A stretch of 64,000 bases of DNA, from positions 64,001 through 128,000 of the forward strand of contig JBGAHS010000010.1 in NCBI GenBank assembly GCA_044226015.1, given 5' to 3'. The stretch's first letter is position 1. Every line of letters starts with the position of its first letter. The translations under genes and the position numbers were made by a program. The notes under the pieces were generated by a model, which searched no databases, was not told the DNA's origin, and was given only the letters and a program-made list of their open reading frames with translations. This document shows, piece by piece, positions 40,642-49,241 of this stretch. The stretch is from Candidatus Obscuribacteraceae bacterium (GTDB lineage: Bacteria > Cyanobacteriota > Vampirovibrionia > Obscuribacterales > Obscuribacteraceae).

Positions 40642-41007
40642 TCAGGAGTTCGCAAAATGCTGCTGGACTTTGGCGAATCTCTCCGACAAGGATCCACAAA
40701 CCAGATCGCAGAGCTGATAAATCGTCATATCCGCCACAGAGTAATAAACAAAAAGCCCTTGCTTGCGTCTGTTGAGCATCCCTTGATCCGCTAGTAGGGA
40801 CAAATGTTTACTGATATTTGCCTGACTCATGCCCGTTAATTCGCAAAGTTCCTGCACCGAATGCTCTCGCTCCATGAGGTGCTGCAGAATCTCCAGGCGG
40901 GTAGCATCGCCCATTGCACGGAAGCGTGCCGCTACAATTTCAAGAGCTTCTCTAGAAAGTGCCGGCTTCTTGTTTTCCATTGCTTTTACAGTCTTTCGTG
41001 AGACCAT
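40642..41007 (-). CDS. ArsR/SmtB family regulator
   Basis: FRAMGDATRLEIL, SQANISKHL, RRKQGLFVYY; start may be the second Met. Confidence 0.9.
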   Translation of the reverse strand: MVSRKTVKAMENKKPALSREALEIVAARFRAMGDATRLEILQHLMEREHSVQELCELTGMSQANISKHLSLLADQGMLNRRKQGLFVYYSVADMTIYQLCDLVCGSLSERFAKVQQHFANS

Positions 41008-41060
41008 GACCCTTCCCCAGCCAGTTCTTATATACTAACTGTAAAACGTTGTTTCGTCAA

Positions 41061-41089
41061 TTGACTATTTAACTGAATAGCGATATAGT
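41061..41089 (+). promoter_or_regulatory. Sigma70 promoter with overlapping candidate ArsR operator
   Basis: TTGACT-N17-TATAGT containing the palindrome CTATT-taactg-AATAG. Confidence 0.65.
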
Positions 41090-41120
41090 TATTTTATGGG
41101 GACACAAAAGGTGAATTGAA

Positions 41121-41702
41121 ATGACTAAAACTGGAACTGTTGAAAAGCTTAGCCCAAATCAGGTCCGTTCTCTATCGGGCGCTGGCGTCGCTGGGAGCAT
41201 TCAGCTGATCGACGTCCGCTCCCCGCTTGAATTTGATAGTGAGCACATCGAAGGAGCCAAGAACATTCCGCTGGATGAGCTGGGCTTCCGAAGCGGGGAG
41301 ATCAAGAATGATTGCACTACCGTGCTGATTTGCAGAAGCGGTGTTCGTGCGGGGCGCGCAGCCGACTTACTCGCATCCTACGGAATGAATGTTAACGTTC
41401 TTGCCGGTGGTGTAACCGATTGGAAAAAGTGCGGATTACCGTTACTTGAAGGCAAAAAGCGTCTTTCGCTGGAAAGACAGGTTCAGCTGACCATCGGACT
41501 TATTTTACTTTCGAGCGTTTCAGCGGGTTGGCTCATAAACCCTGCCTGGTTTATAGTGCCGGGAATCATTGGCGCCGGGCTTACCTTTGCTGGACTCAGC
41601 GGCTTTTGTGGGCTTGCCGTACTAATTTCAAAAGCACCATGGAATAAGCTAGAGAATACTGGCGCGTGTCAAACTGCTAAGAAGAACAGCTGTTGTTCGT
41701 AG
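41121..41702 (+). CDS. Rhodanese domain + DUF2892 membrane protein (YgaP-like)
   Basis: LIDVRSPLEF..HIEGA, CRSGVR active loop, LERQVQ, GLSGFCG..PWN. Confidence 0.88.
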   Translation: MTKTGTVEKLSPNQVRSLSGAGVAGSIQLIDVRSPLEFDSEHIEGAKNIPLDELGFRSGEIKNDCTTVLICRSGVRAGRAADLLASYGMNVNVLAGGVTDWKKCGLPLLEGKKRLSLERQVQLTIGLILLSSVSAGWLINPAWFIVPGIIGAGLTFAGLSGFCGLAVLISKAPWNKLENTGACQTAKKNSCCS

Positions 41703-41856
41703 AGCACCCTGTCCAAGCCAACGCAGTGTTGTGTCTGGCTTGGATTGGTGCGCCGCGTTCATAAATACGAGCTAACTCCCAATCTGGTTGAAGCAAGGAA
41801 CTCCCAATCCGGTTTTGAACCAAGATCCCATGCGCAGTTAAGAATGCCTTCAATAT

Positions 41857-42978
41857 TTAACGATTGGTTTTATTGTCGCCTGCCAGGTTTTTCAATGTTT
41901 CCAATCTTTTTGTCTGGGCTGCTGTCAAACTTGAGTCGTTAATCGATATTACAGATGGTATCACAACTGAGTTAGTCATCTGTGTCTGCATCCATTTGAT
42001 CAGATGCTCCAATAGGCTTTGTGAAAAAAGTCCTTCCTCCAGTACGAGATGCTCACCTTCCGCGTCAATAAGAAACGTCTTGTTCTTCACTGGAATTTCA
42101 CTGTATAGTCTTGCCACAGCCTGAGGTGAAACGAGATGATCTTGAAGTCCCTGAACAATTAAAACAGGTTTCTTCTGCTGTGTTGCATATCTGTCAGTTT
42201 TGGAAACGAAACTCAGAAATGCGCTTGCTTCGCGTGGAGTTAGTTTCAGTTTGTGTGAATCATCTGAAGTCCAGTGCTTGACCAGTGCACTATCGCTGGT
42301 GGCTTGCTTTACAACAGAACGCCCGGCTGGACCAGGATAGCTATTTTTTAACAAGAATAGCTCCACAACACCTTTTATAGCTGTTTGCTTTACCTTTAGC
42401 AACTTCCAGGCCGGTGCTGAGCAGACGATTCCGTCAATCAGTTCTGGGGACTCCGCTGCTATACGAATCGCAAGAGCTCCACCCATGGATTCACCTATTA
42501 AGAATATCTTGCTCTCAGGCTTTTCTTTTCTAATTGATCTCAACAATGTTTGGACATCGCCTACTGTGTCTAAGCAGTTCAACTTTGCTCTTTCGGCTTT
42601 ATCTCTATCGGGACCAAATCCGCGTACATTTATAGCGAAGCCATCAATTCCAGCGGCAGTGAACTTTTCTGCTAGCGGACTGTATGCTCTGGCACAAAGT
42701 CCTAGTCCGTGAATACAGACAACTGTGACTTTGGTTGGGTTCGGACTTTTCCATTCAAGAATATGCGTGCCTCCGATGATCACGCAAGAAGGGTCTTCTT
42801 TGCATACTCTCCCATATTTTGCAGTATCAACAGTGCATGGCTCTGCACTACAGCTGCTTCCGAGAAATAAGAGCGTGGCTGACAACGACACTAGCTTATT
42901 TACTGCGAGCTTTAACTGCACTTTCTCCATTATTTCCCTCGGGGCTGTCAGCGCACTAATAAAAGTGGGCGTGATCAT
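41857..42978 (-). CDS. Alpha/beta hydrolase (lysophospholipase-like)
   Basis: IHGLG, RGFG, GESMGG nucleophile, QGLQD, GEH. Confidence 0.85.
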   Translation of the reverse strand: MITPTFISALTAPREIMEKVQLKLAVNKLVSLSATLLFLGSSCSAEPCTVDTAKYGRVCKEDPSCVIIGGTHILEWKSPNPTKVTVVCIHGLGLCARAYSPLAEKFTAAGIDGFAINVRGFGPDRDKAERAKLNCLDTVGDVQTLLRSIRKEKPESKIFLIGESMGGALAIRIAAESPELIDGIVCSAPAWKLLKVKQTAIKGVVELFLLKNSYPGPAGRSVVKQATSDSALVKHWTSDDSHKLKLTPREASAFLSFVSKTDRYATQQKKPVLIVQGLQDHLVSPQAVARLYSEIPVKNKTFLIDAEGEHLVLEEGLFSQSLLEHLIKWMQTQMTNSVVIPSVISINDSSLTAAQTKRLETLKNLAGDNKTNR

Positions 42979-43021
42979 ATTTGGTATTTCTTATCTCAAT
43001 TTGACCCGTGCTTGCCATATA

Positions 43022-43050
43022 AGTATATCGTTAAACAGTTGAATAGTAAA
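43022..43050 (-). promoter_or_regulatory. Sigma70-like promoter/operator similar to 41064-41089
   Basis: Minus strand TTTACT-N17-TATACT; 21/26 identical to the rhodanese promoter region. Confidence 0.55.
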
Positions 43051-43408
43051 TGCTTCCAGGGACTGAGAAGCAATCTTTTTCAAGAGATTATTTTGCTGGG
43101 TTGAGTTGAGCGTTGCTCTCGGCTGCCCAGAACAATTCGTGGAAACCGTCTGTTATTCACATGATTTTCACCCTATTGTAAGTATAGTCCTCTCAGGTTG
43201 TAGTACTGGTGTTTGGCATGCGTAAAAGCTCAATTTCGCACTGCGATTTCTCGCGCTCAGAGACTCTTAAATTCGCATTCCTCAGCTGTGTATTTGCACA
43301 GATGCAGCGCTCCGTGTACGGTGAAACGCTATTCATGGGGTACAAGCAGAAGCTTGCGTTTGCACAATTGCTGCGCTCCGCTCATACCGAGGGTGAGTTC
43401 TGCGCACC

Positions 43409-44626
43409 ATGAGTCAAAAGCTTGAATCTGCTGACAGAAATATTTTGAATCCTGCTTTGCCAGAGGAGCATTCGCTTGGTGGCAAGCTGCTAGCAGAAGC
43501 ACGCGATCTCGTTTTCGGTAAAGCGGCGAGCAAAGAAGAAAATGAAAGGCGCATTGAACAAAACGAAGGCCTTTCATCGACGCTTGCAAATATGGCTGCA
43601 TTGGTTCCCACCCGCTCTCGATTTTTAGGAGCCGGTATAAGAACTGCACTTCTTGCTAATCCCGATGAACTCAAGTCGGATCCTGGCAAGTTTTTGATGG
43701 ACTCAGGAAAGCACTTCTTTGAAGGAATGGTGCTGAACACGCTGTCCAGAGTGCTCGCATCTAAGATGAGTTCAGAGATCGATAACCGTGCTATACAGCG
43801 TTCACTGAATGTTAATTTAGAGGGAACCGCATCCAGAACGCCGCTTTCGTGGGGCGTAACGAATCGGCAGATCGCGGAAAACGAATTACTTTCTCTGAAC
43901 GAAGGTGTCAGTTCCTCTTTGAATTATTATCGAATTCGTGCGGACGGCAGCGTTCGGTCGCTTACACAAAGCAGATTCTTGAAAGAGGTAGCAGTTGAAG
44001 CGAGGAGAGCTGATGGCTTAATCGGCTACATTCCAGGCATCAGGCAATCTCCTGCTGAAGCTGCGCGTGATGCGATAGCGGTGAGCAATGGATCCAAACT
44101 CCCGGTAATCACTCTTGACTGGGCGTCAACCAACAAAAGTGAGGAAGGGGTTCTTTCAATTGTTTCCCAGATCAAAAAAGATGTAGATGCATCGACTGCA
44201 AGTCAGGGGTGGATCAACGACAGTGCGAAGACCTTGTTCGAAGGTTTTAGTGGGAGGAAGATTCTGGTTGGTCATAGCCATGGTGCGAAGTTGGCTTTTG
44301 AGACAACAAGAAGACTTGCTCAACAGGAGATCTATTTTGATGGTGTAGCTTTGGCTCACCCACACGACATTTCAGTGGACAACTTGAATTTGTTGAGTTC
44401 GCTTACTAAGAGGGTGACGCTAGTCACGGATCCTTTCGACAGAGCCCTGCGTGCTGAGAGAGGCTTTCTTGGTAAACTTTTTTTCGACAATTTAAGAGCA
44501 CCACAGGTGGACATTCAAGCTCTTGCGAGCATGAATGTGCAGCGACTAAACTTTATTTCTCGACCTGCTCAGGGATGGCTGCGGCACACGCCTGACTTTT
44601 ATCAGCTTGGAACAGCTTTGCACTGA
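43409..44626 (+). CDS. Hypothetical protein with alpha/beta-hydrolase-like C-terminus
   Basis: LDWAS, LVGHSHG, DRAL pattern similar to DUF900-type hydrolases. Confidence 0.55.
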   Translation: MSQKLESADRNILNPALPEEHSLGGKLLAEARDLVFGKAASKEENERRIEQNEGLSSTLANMAALVPTRSRFLGAGIRTALLANPDELKSDPGKFLMDSGKHFFEGMVLNTLSRVLASKMSSEIDNRAIQRSLNVNLEGTASRTPLSWGVTNRQIAENELLSLNEGVSSSLNYYRIRADGSVRSLTQSRFLKEVAVEARRADGLIGYIPGIRQSPAEAARDAIAVSNGSKLPVITLDWASTNKSEEGVLSIVSQIKKDVDASTASQGWINDSAKTLFEGFSGRKILVGHSHGAKLAFETTRRLAQQEIYFDGVALAHPHDISVDNLNLLSSLTKRVTLVTDPFDRALRAERGFLGKLFFDNLRAPQVDIQALASMNVQRLNFISRPAQGWLRHTPDFYQLGTALH

Positions 44627-44689
44627 GCATGCCGGTAGCAACCCATTCGAAGGAGGGGAATCAAAGCTTCTCTAGAGGATCCGATCCAG

Positions 44690-45215
44690 TTGCTTCTGTT
44701 AGATCTGTGGGTTGGATCCGTGCGTTGGATCCGTAATCCATTCCGCTGAAACGACGACGTGGGATCCATTCTGTTGAATCGATGAAGTGGGATCCGTGCC
44801 TGAATCGATGAAGTGGGATCCGTGCATTTGAATCGATGAAGTGGGATCCGTGCATTTGAATCGATGAAGTGGGATCCGGGCATTGAATCGATGAAGTGGG
44901 ATCCGCGCATCGAATCGATGAAGTGGGATCCCTGCCTGAATCGATGAAGTGGGATCCCTGCCTGAATCATAACGGTGGCTCCGTGCATTGAATCGTTGAC
45001 GGTTGATCCGTGCATGAATCGATGAAGTTGGATCTGTGCCTGAATCATGACCGTGCCTGAATCATGACGGTGAATCCGTGCCTTGAATCGTTGACGGTTG
45101 ATCCGTGCATGAAGACGGCGAAGTTGGGATCCGTGCCTGAATCATGACGGTGGATCCGTGAATTGAATCGATGAAGTTGGATCCGTGAATTGAATCGATG
45201 AAGTTGGATCCGCGC
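44690..45215 (+). repeat. Degenerate tandem array, about 26-28-bp unit, roughly 18 copies
   Basis: gaatcgatgaagtgggatccgtgc(att/ct) between convergent genes. Confidence 0.9.
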
Positions 45216-45216
45216 C

Positions 45217-46044
45217 TTAATTAGCAGTAGCCAGCTCGCTGGTATCGTAAGCCGTGGCTTTAGCTGCTGCAAAAATCACATCATAGCCTTTTCTCTGACC
45301 CACCACCCATTTCTTGAGTCCTTCCATGTCCATTATGGGGCGATGTGCTGGATTCGCATAATCCATCTTCATTAAAGTGTTGACGAAAGCTTCAGCTTTT
45401 GATTCTTCCAAATCTGGCAAAGCTGTGAAATTGCAATGCGAATATGGTGCTGAAGTCCAGAGGCAGCTAAATTTGGAATCTGCACCACCGGCGGTTAACG
45501 CAAACCACGTACTTTCTCCGATACAGCCGGCATCAGCTTTACCTTCTTCAAGAGCTAGCAGGACGTCACTCTCGCTTCGTCCTGTATCGCCATGCTTACC
45601 TACATCAGTATTGAACCTCACAGCAGTGAAATCCTTATCTGGAATCATACCTTCCAGTCGCAAGTAGTGCTCTGGCACCACCGCTGCCTGTGCGGAGTCT
45701 TTGCTGCCGAAAGCAACACGTTTGCCTCGGAGATCCGAAAGGACTTTGATTTTGCTATCAGCAGGAACAATGATCTTAGAAGTGAATTCTACATCTGTGT
45801 CTCTCATGGCGAGGATGCGGCTCTCTTTCTTCAGTCTGTTTTCCACTCTAACAAAAGCAAGATTCGTATTCCATGCAATGTCAATGAAGCCATCGAAGAG
45901 CGCCTCTACCTGTGCCTCGTAGTTTGAAAATAGCACGTAGTCGAATGGCACACCCTGGGCCACGAAGAAATCCCGAATACCTTCCCAGATTGGAACCACT
46001 TTTGCATCATATGCTACCGCACCAATCTTGATACTAGATTTCAT
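45217..46044 (-). CDS. PhnD/SsuA/transferrin-fold substrate-binding-like protein without signal peptide
   Basis: IGAVAYD, YEAQVEALFDG.IDIAWN, DLRGKRVAFGSKDS; ATG 46044 with gagg upstream. Confidence 0.75.
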   Translation of the reverse strand: MKSSIKIGAVAYDAKVVPIWEGIRDFFVAQGVPFDYVLFSNYEAQVEALFDGFIDIAWNTNLAFVRVENRLKKESRILAMRDTDVEFTSKIIVPADSKIKVLSDLRGKRVAFGSKDSAQAAVVPEHYLRLEGMIPDKDFTAVRFNTDVGKHGDTGRSESDVLLALEEGKADAGCIGESTWFALTAGGADSKFSCLWTSAPYSHCNFTALPDLEESKAEAFVNTLMKMDYANPAHRPIMDMEGLKKWVVGQRKGYDVIFAAAKATAYDTSELATAN

Positions 46045-46156
46045 TTTCTTTCCTCGTAGTTGAATGAATGCTCGAATTCTTATGATTGCAGCAGATAGTG
46101 CTTGCGCGATTTGCAAACATGTCGTCTGCCATTAAGAAATGGACAGCAGGGATCGA

Positions 46157-47299
46157 TTACATCAGGGGCAATCCTAAAGCGGCGCGACCAATCAAATCCA
46201 ACGCCATATCGTGGGTCGGAGCCATGACAATTCCTGCTCTTGCATCACGCAGATGTCTTTCAATAGAGAGTGCGCTGGAATACGCAATACCACCGCATAC
46301 TTCCATCGCTAGACTTGAGACCTCTACCGCAATTCTACAAGCATGCTGTTTCGCTTCAAGTAGCTTGACCAGGAGATCTGCTTCTTCTTCATCGAACGCT
46401 TTTGCTGCTTCACGACAAAGGGCTACGCTTGCGTCCAGCATAACCTTCATTTGCGCTACCTTATTGCGCAGTACGGGCAACATGGCGATTGATTCATTGG
46501 TGTGTGTGTGTGCGCGGCTCTTAACATGGCTTACGGAGCTTTCGAAAGCTGCCTGAGCTATGCCGTTATAAACCGAAGCGGAGCCCAAAAGAAAGCGCGG
46601 AAGAATGCTGCTCATTTCTATCCCCAGTCCTGCGCCCGCTTCTCCTAATAGTGCATCTGCTGAAACTTCGCAATTCTCAAGCTTCATTGCAATACTCGAG
46701 TTTCCTCTCAAGCCCAATCCGCTCCACTGTCCATTGAAGCTTAGACCCGGTCTGTCTTTCTCGACCACATAAAGTGAGGTGGTGATGCAATCTTCAGCCC
46801 CAGGTGCTCTTGTGCTCACTACGTAACTATCTGCGTGAGAACCTGACGTGACGAAGCATTTGTCTCCATTGAGAGAATAGCCGCCTGCTTTGTTGTCCGA
46901 AATGCTGTTACTGGCATAGAAGTTCGCTCCCGTGCCACGCTCACTGCAAGCTAGAGTCGATAAATGTGCTCCGCTGGCAGCTTGTTTCAACAATGCTTCT
47001 TTGTTTTTGTGGTGTTTTGATATGGTCTCGACCGCTGTGCAATGCATAACAAAAATCATTCCGGTCGATGCGCATCCAGCTGCAATCGATTGTGCTGTCG
47101 CTCTGAAAGTTTCTGCGCTTGCAGACTTGCCACCATATTGATGGGGAATCAATAAACCCATCAGTCCTTCTTTTGCTAGAAGTTCCAGGTTCGCTCTAGG
47201 AAAGGTCCCATTCTTGTCGGTGTCGGAAGCTGTTTTGCTCAGATCATGAGTTAATTTGTTCAAATCAATTGCGGAACTGGAGTCCACCGCTGCATTCAT
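46157..47299 (-). CDS. Acyl-CoA dehydrogenase family protein
   Basis: IPHQYGG, LACSERGTG, LNGDKCFVT, LGLRGNSS, CGGIAY, IERHLRDAR. Confidence 0.9.
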   Translation of the reverse strand: MNAAVDSSSAIDLNKLTHDLSKTASDTDKNGTFPRANLELLAKEGLMGLLIPHQYGGKSASAETFRATAQSIAAGCASTGMIFVMHCTAVETISKHHKNKEALLKQAASGAHLSTLACSERGTGANFYASNSISDNKAGGYSLNGDKCFVTSGSHADSYVVSTRAPGAEDCITTSLYVVEKDRPGLSFNGQWSGLGLRGNSSIAMKLENCEVSADALLGEAGAGLGIEMSSILPRFLLGSASVYNGIAQAAFESSVSHVKSRAHTHTNESIAMLPVLRNKVAQMKVMLDASVALCREAAKAFDEEEADLLVKLLEAKQHACRIAVEVSSLAMEVCGGIAYSSALSIERHLRDARAGIVMAPTHDMALDLIGRAALGLPLM

Positions 47300-47603
47300 T
47301 TTAGAGCTCCTGCTTGGCTGTTGCAGCCCCTGTGGACTGCGATTACTGATGAGGGTCTAATTGTACAACCTTAGAAGACAAGAGTTGTACATTGTGTTCT
47401 TGCTTAAAGAGTAGGTATTGCCTGTACATTGTGTATTGCCAGAACATTGCATTCTTGCTTAACGTTACGCATTGCTTAAAGTTACGCATTGCTTAAAGCT
47501 TGGGTTCTTGCTCAATCAGAACATACTGTCTGTCTAATGGATTCTTGCTCACGCATGCCTGCTCCCCTTTGAGCAAATAGTCAGCGGACTTTATGCTAAC
47601 TAA

Positions 47604-47634
47604 AAGAAAGACGGCTCTTTGAACCGTCTTTCTT
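47604..47634 (-). terminator. Intrinsic terminator after the amidohydrolase
   Basis: aagaaagacgg-9 nt-ccgtctttctt inverted repeat 25 bp past the stop codon. Confidence 0.7.
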
Positions 47635-47659
47635 AAGTGCAAGTCTGATGACCTGCTGC

Positions 47660-49201
47660 TTAGGTGTTGTTTACCAGGTCGATAGAGATCTTGTTGAGTT
47701 TCTCCATTGCTACTGGCAAATCTAGCGTTTCGATATTGCCGTTCTTAACTACAACTCTGCCATCGATTACTGTGTAAGCAGCATTTTGCGGTGTGCAGAA
47801 TATCAGTGAAGCGACAGGGTCTACCATAGCTCCGCCAGAAAATGCGATAGTGTTTGTGTCTACAGAGAAGAAGTCTGCACGCTTGCCTACTTCGAGTGAA
47901 CCAATATCGTCTCTTCCAAGTACTGATGCGCCGCCGAGTGTCGCAATTTCCAGGACGTCACGAGCTGACATCCAGGCTTTCTTATCTTCCGGTGGACCTC
48001 CTGGGTTTTCGCTGAGAAGTGTGCGTGCCAGAAGCATTGCCTGTCTTGCTTCGCCCAGAAGGTGAGAACAGTCATTGCTTGATGAGCCGTCAACTCCGAG
48101 ACCTACTTTGACTCCTGCATCACGAGCTTTTTTAATAGGAGAAATTCCGGATGCAAGTCTCATGTTCGAACATGGGCAGTGAGCAATACCTGAGCCAGTT
48201 TTAGCAAACTTCTGGATTTCCTCATCGTTGATATGCACTGAGTGAGCAAACCAGACCTCTGGTCCTAACCAATCGAATTTTTCCATAAGCGCTACAGGTC
48301 TCAGATTGTATTTCTTGAGCGTGTAGCGTTCTTCATCGAGTGACTCAGCAAGGTGAGTATGCAAACCGCACTTGTGTTTGCGTGCGAGCTTTGCTGATTC
48401 GGTCATCAAGTCGTCGGTAACTGAGAAGGGAGAACACGGTGCTAAAACGATTCTCGTCATGGCACCAGGGCTCATATCATGATATTTGTCGATTACCCGT
48501 TGACAGTCGTCCAAGATAGCTTTTTCTTCTTCTACGCAGCTATCTGGAGGCAGTCCACCCTTTGATTGTCCCAGAGACATACTGCCTCTAGAGGCGTGAA
48601 ATCTGATTCCCATGTTTTTTGCTACGTCGATTGCGTCATCGATTTTGCATCCGTTTGGAAACACATACTGTTGGTCAAATACGGTTGTGCAGCCGGAAAG
48701 AGCTAGTTCTGCTAGACCGACTTGAACTGCCAGTCTTTCGGATACTGGGTTCATCTTCGCCCACATAGGATAAAGAACTCTTAGCCAGTTCCACACATTT
48801 CCGTCCTGACAAGCAGGTACTACTCTGGTCAAGTGCTGATAGAGGTGTTGGTGGGTGTTTACCAGACCTGGTAGAACAAGATGTCCCTTCATATCTAGAA
48901 CTTCTTCCGCGGTATTTGGAAGCTTGCTTGTTTCATCAACTTGTTTGATTACGCCATCTTCGATGTACATACCGCCATTTTTTAATTCGCGACGAGTCTT
49001 ATCCATCGTGACAAGAACTGCAGCGTTTTTGACGAGCATTGTTTTTGGGCGTCCGCCTGCTTTCTTTTCAGCTTTAGCGGACTGCTGCACACCTACAGCC
49101 GTGGCCGCCGAAATAGCGGCTGCTCCAGCGAGAAAAGAGCGTCTGTTCAGTCCTGCGCTCTCCTTCTCTTTTTCCTTATTGTTCTTCGTTTGATCCGTCA
49201 T
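47660..49201 (-). CDS. Amidohydrolase, 8-oxoguanine-deaminase-like, with Tat signal
   Basis: PGLVNTHQH, LAPCSPFSV, HTHLAE, WFAHSVH, HCPCSNMRLASG, GVDGSSSND; N-terminal NRRSFL. Confidence 0.88.
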   Translation of the reverse strand: MTDQTKNNKEKEKESAGLNRRSFLAGAAAISAATAVGVQQSAKAEKKAGGRPKTMLVKNAAVLVTMDKTRRELKNGGMYIEDGVIKQVDETSKLPNTAEEVLDMKGHLVLPGLVNTHQHLYQHLTRVVPACQDGNVWNWLRVLYPMWAKMNPVSERLAVQVGLAELALSGCTTVFDQQYVFPNGCKIDDAIDVAKNMGIRFHASRGSMSLGQSKGGLPPDSCVEEEKAILDDCQRVIDKYHDMSPGAMTRIVLAPCSPFSVTDDLMTESAKLARKHKCGLHTHLAESLDEERYTLKKYNLRPVALMEKFDWLGPEVWFAHSVHINDEEIQKFAKTGSGIAHCPCSNMRLASGISPIKKARDAGVKVGLGVDGSSSNDCSHLLGEARQAMLLARTLLSENPGGPPEDKKAWMSARDVLEIATLGGASVLGRDDIGSLEVGKRADFFSVDTNTIAFSGGAMVDPVASLIFCTPQNAAYTVIDGRVVVKNGNIETLDLPVAMEKLNKISIDLVNNT

Positions 49202-49241
49202 TTATCCTCCCCGTTGATTTTATGTTCGCTCTATTGAGCGT

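Noticed and set aside
44072..44082. GCGATAGCGGT inside the 43409-44626 CDS as an element copy
   Set aside because: Only an 11-bp match without the flanking arms; compatible with chance.
44602..45272. ORFs over the 44.7-kb, 23.5-kb, 21.6-kb and 17.6-kb repeats
   Set aside because: Repeat translations with no SD or domain evidence.
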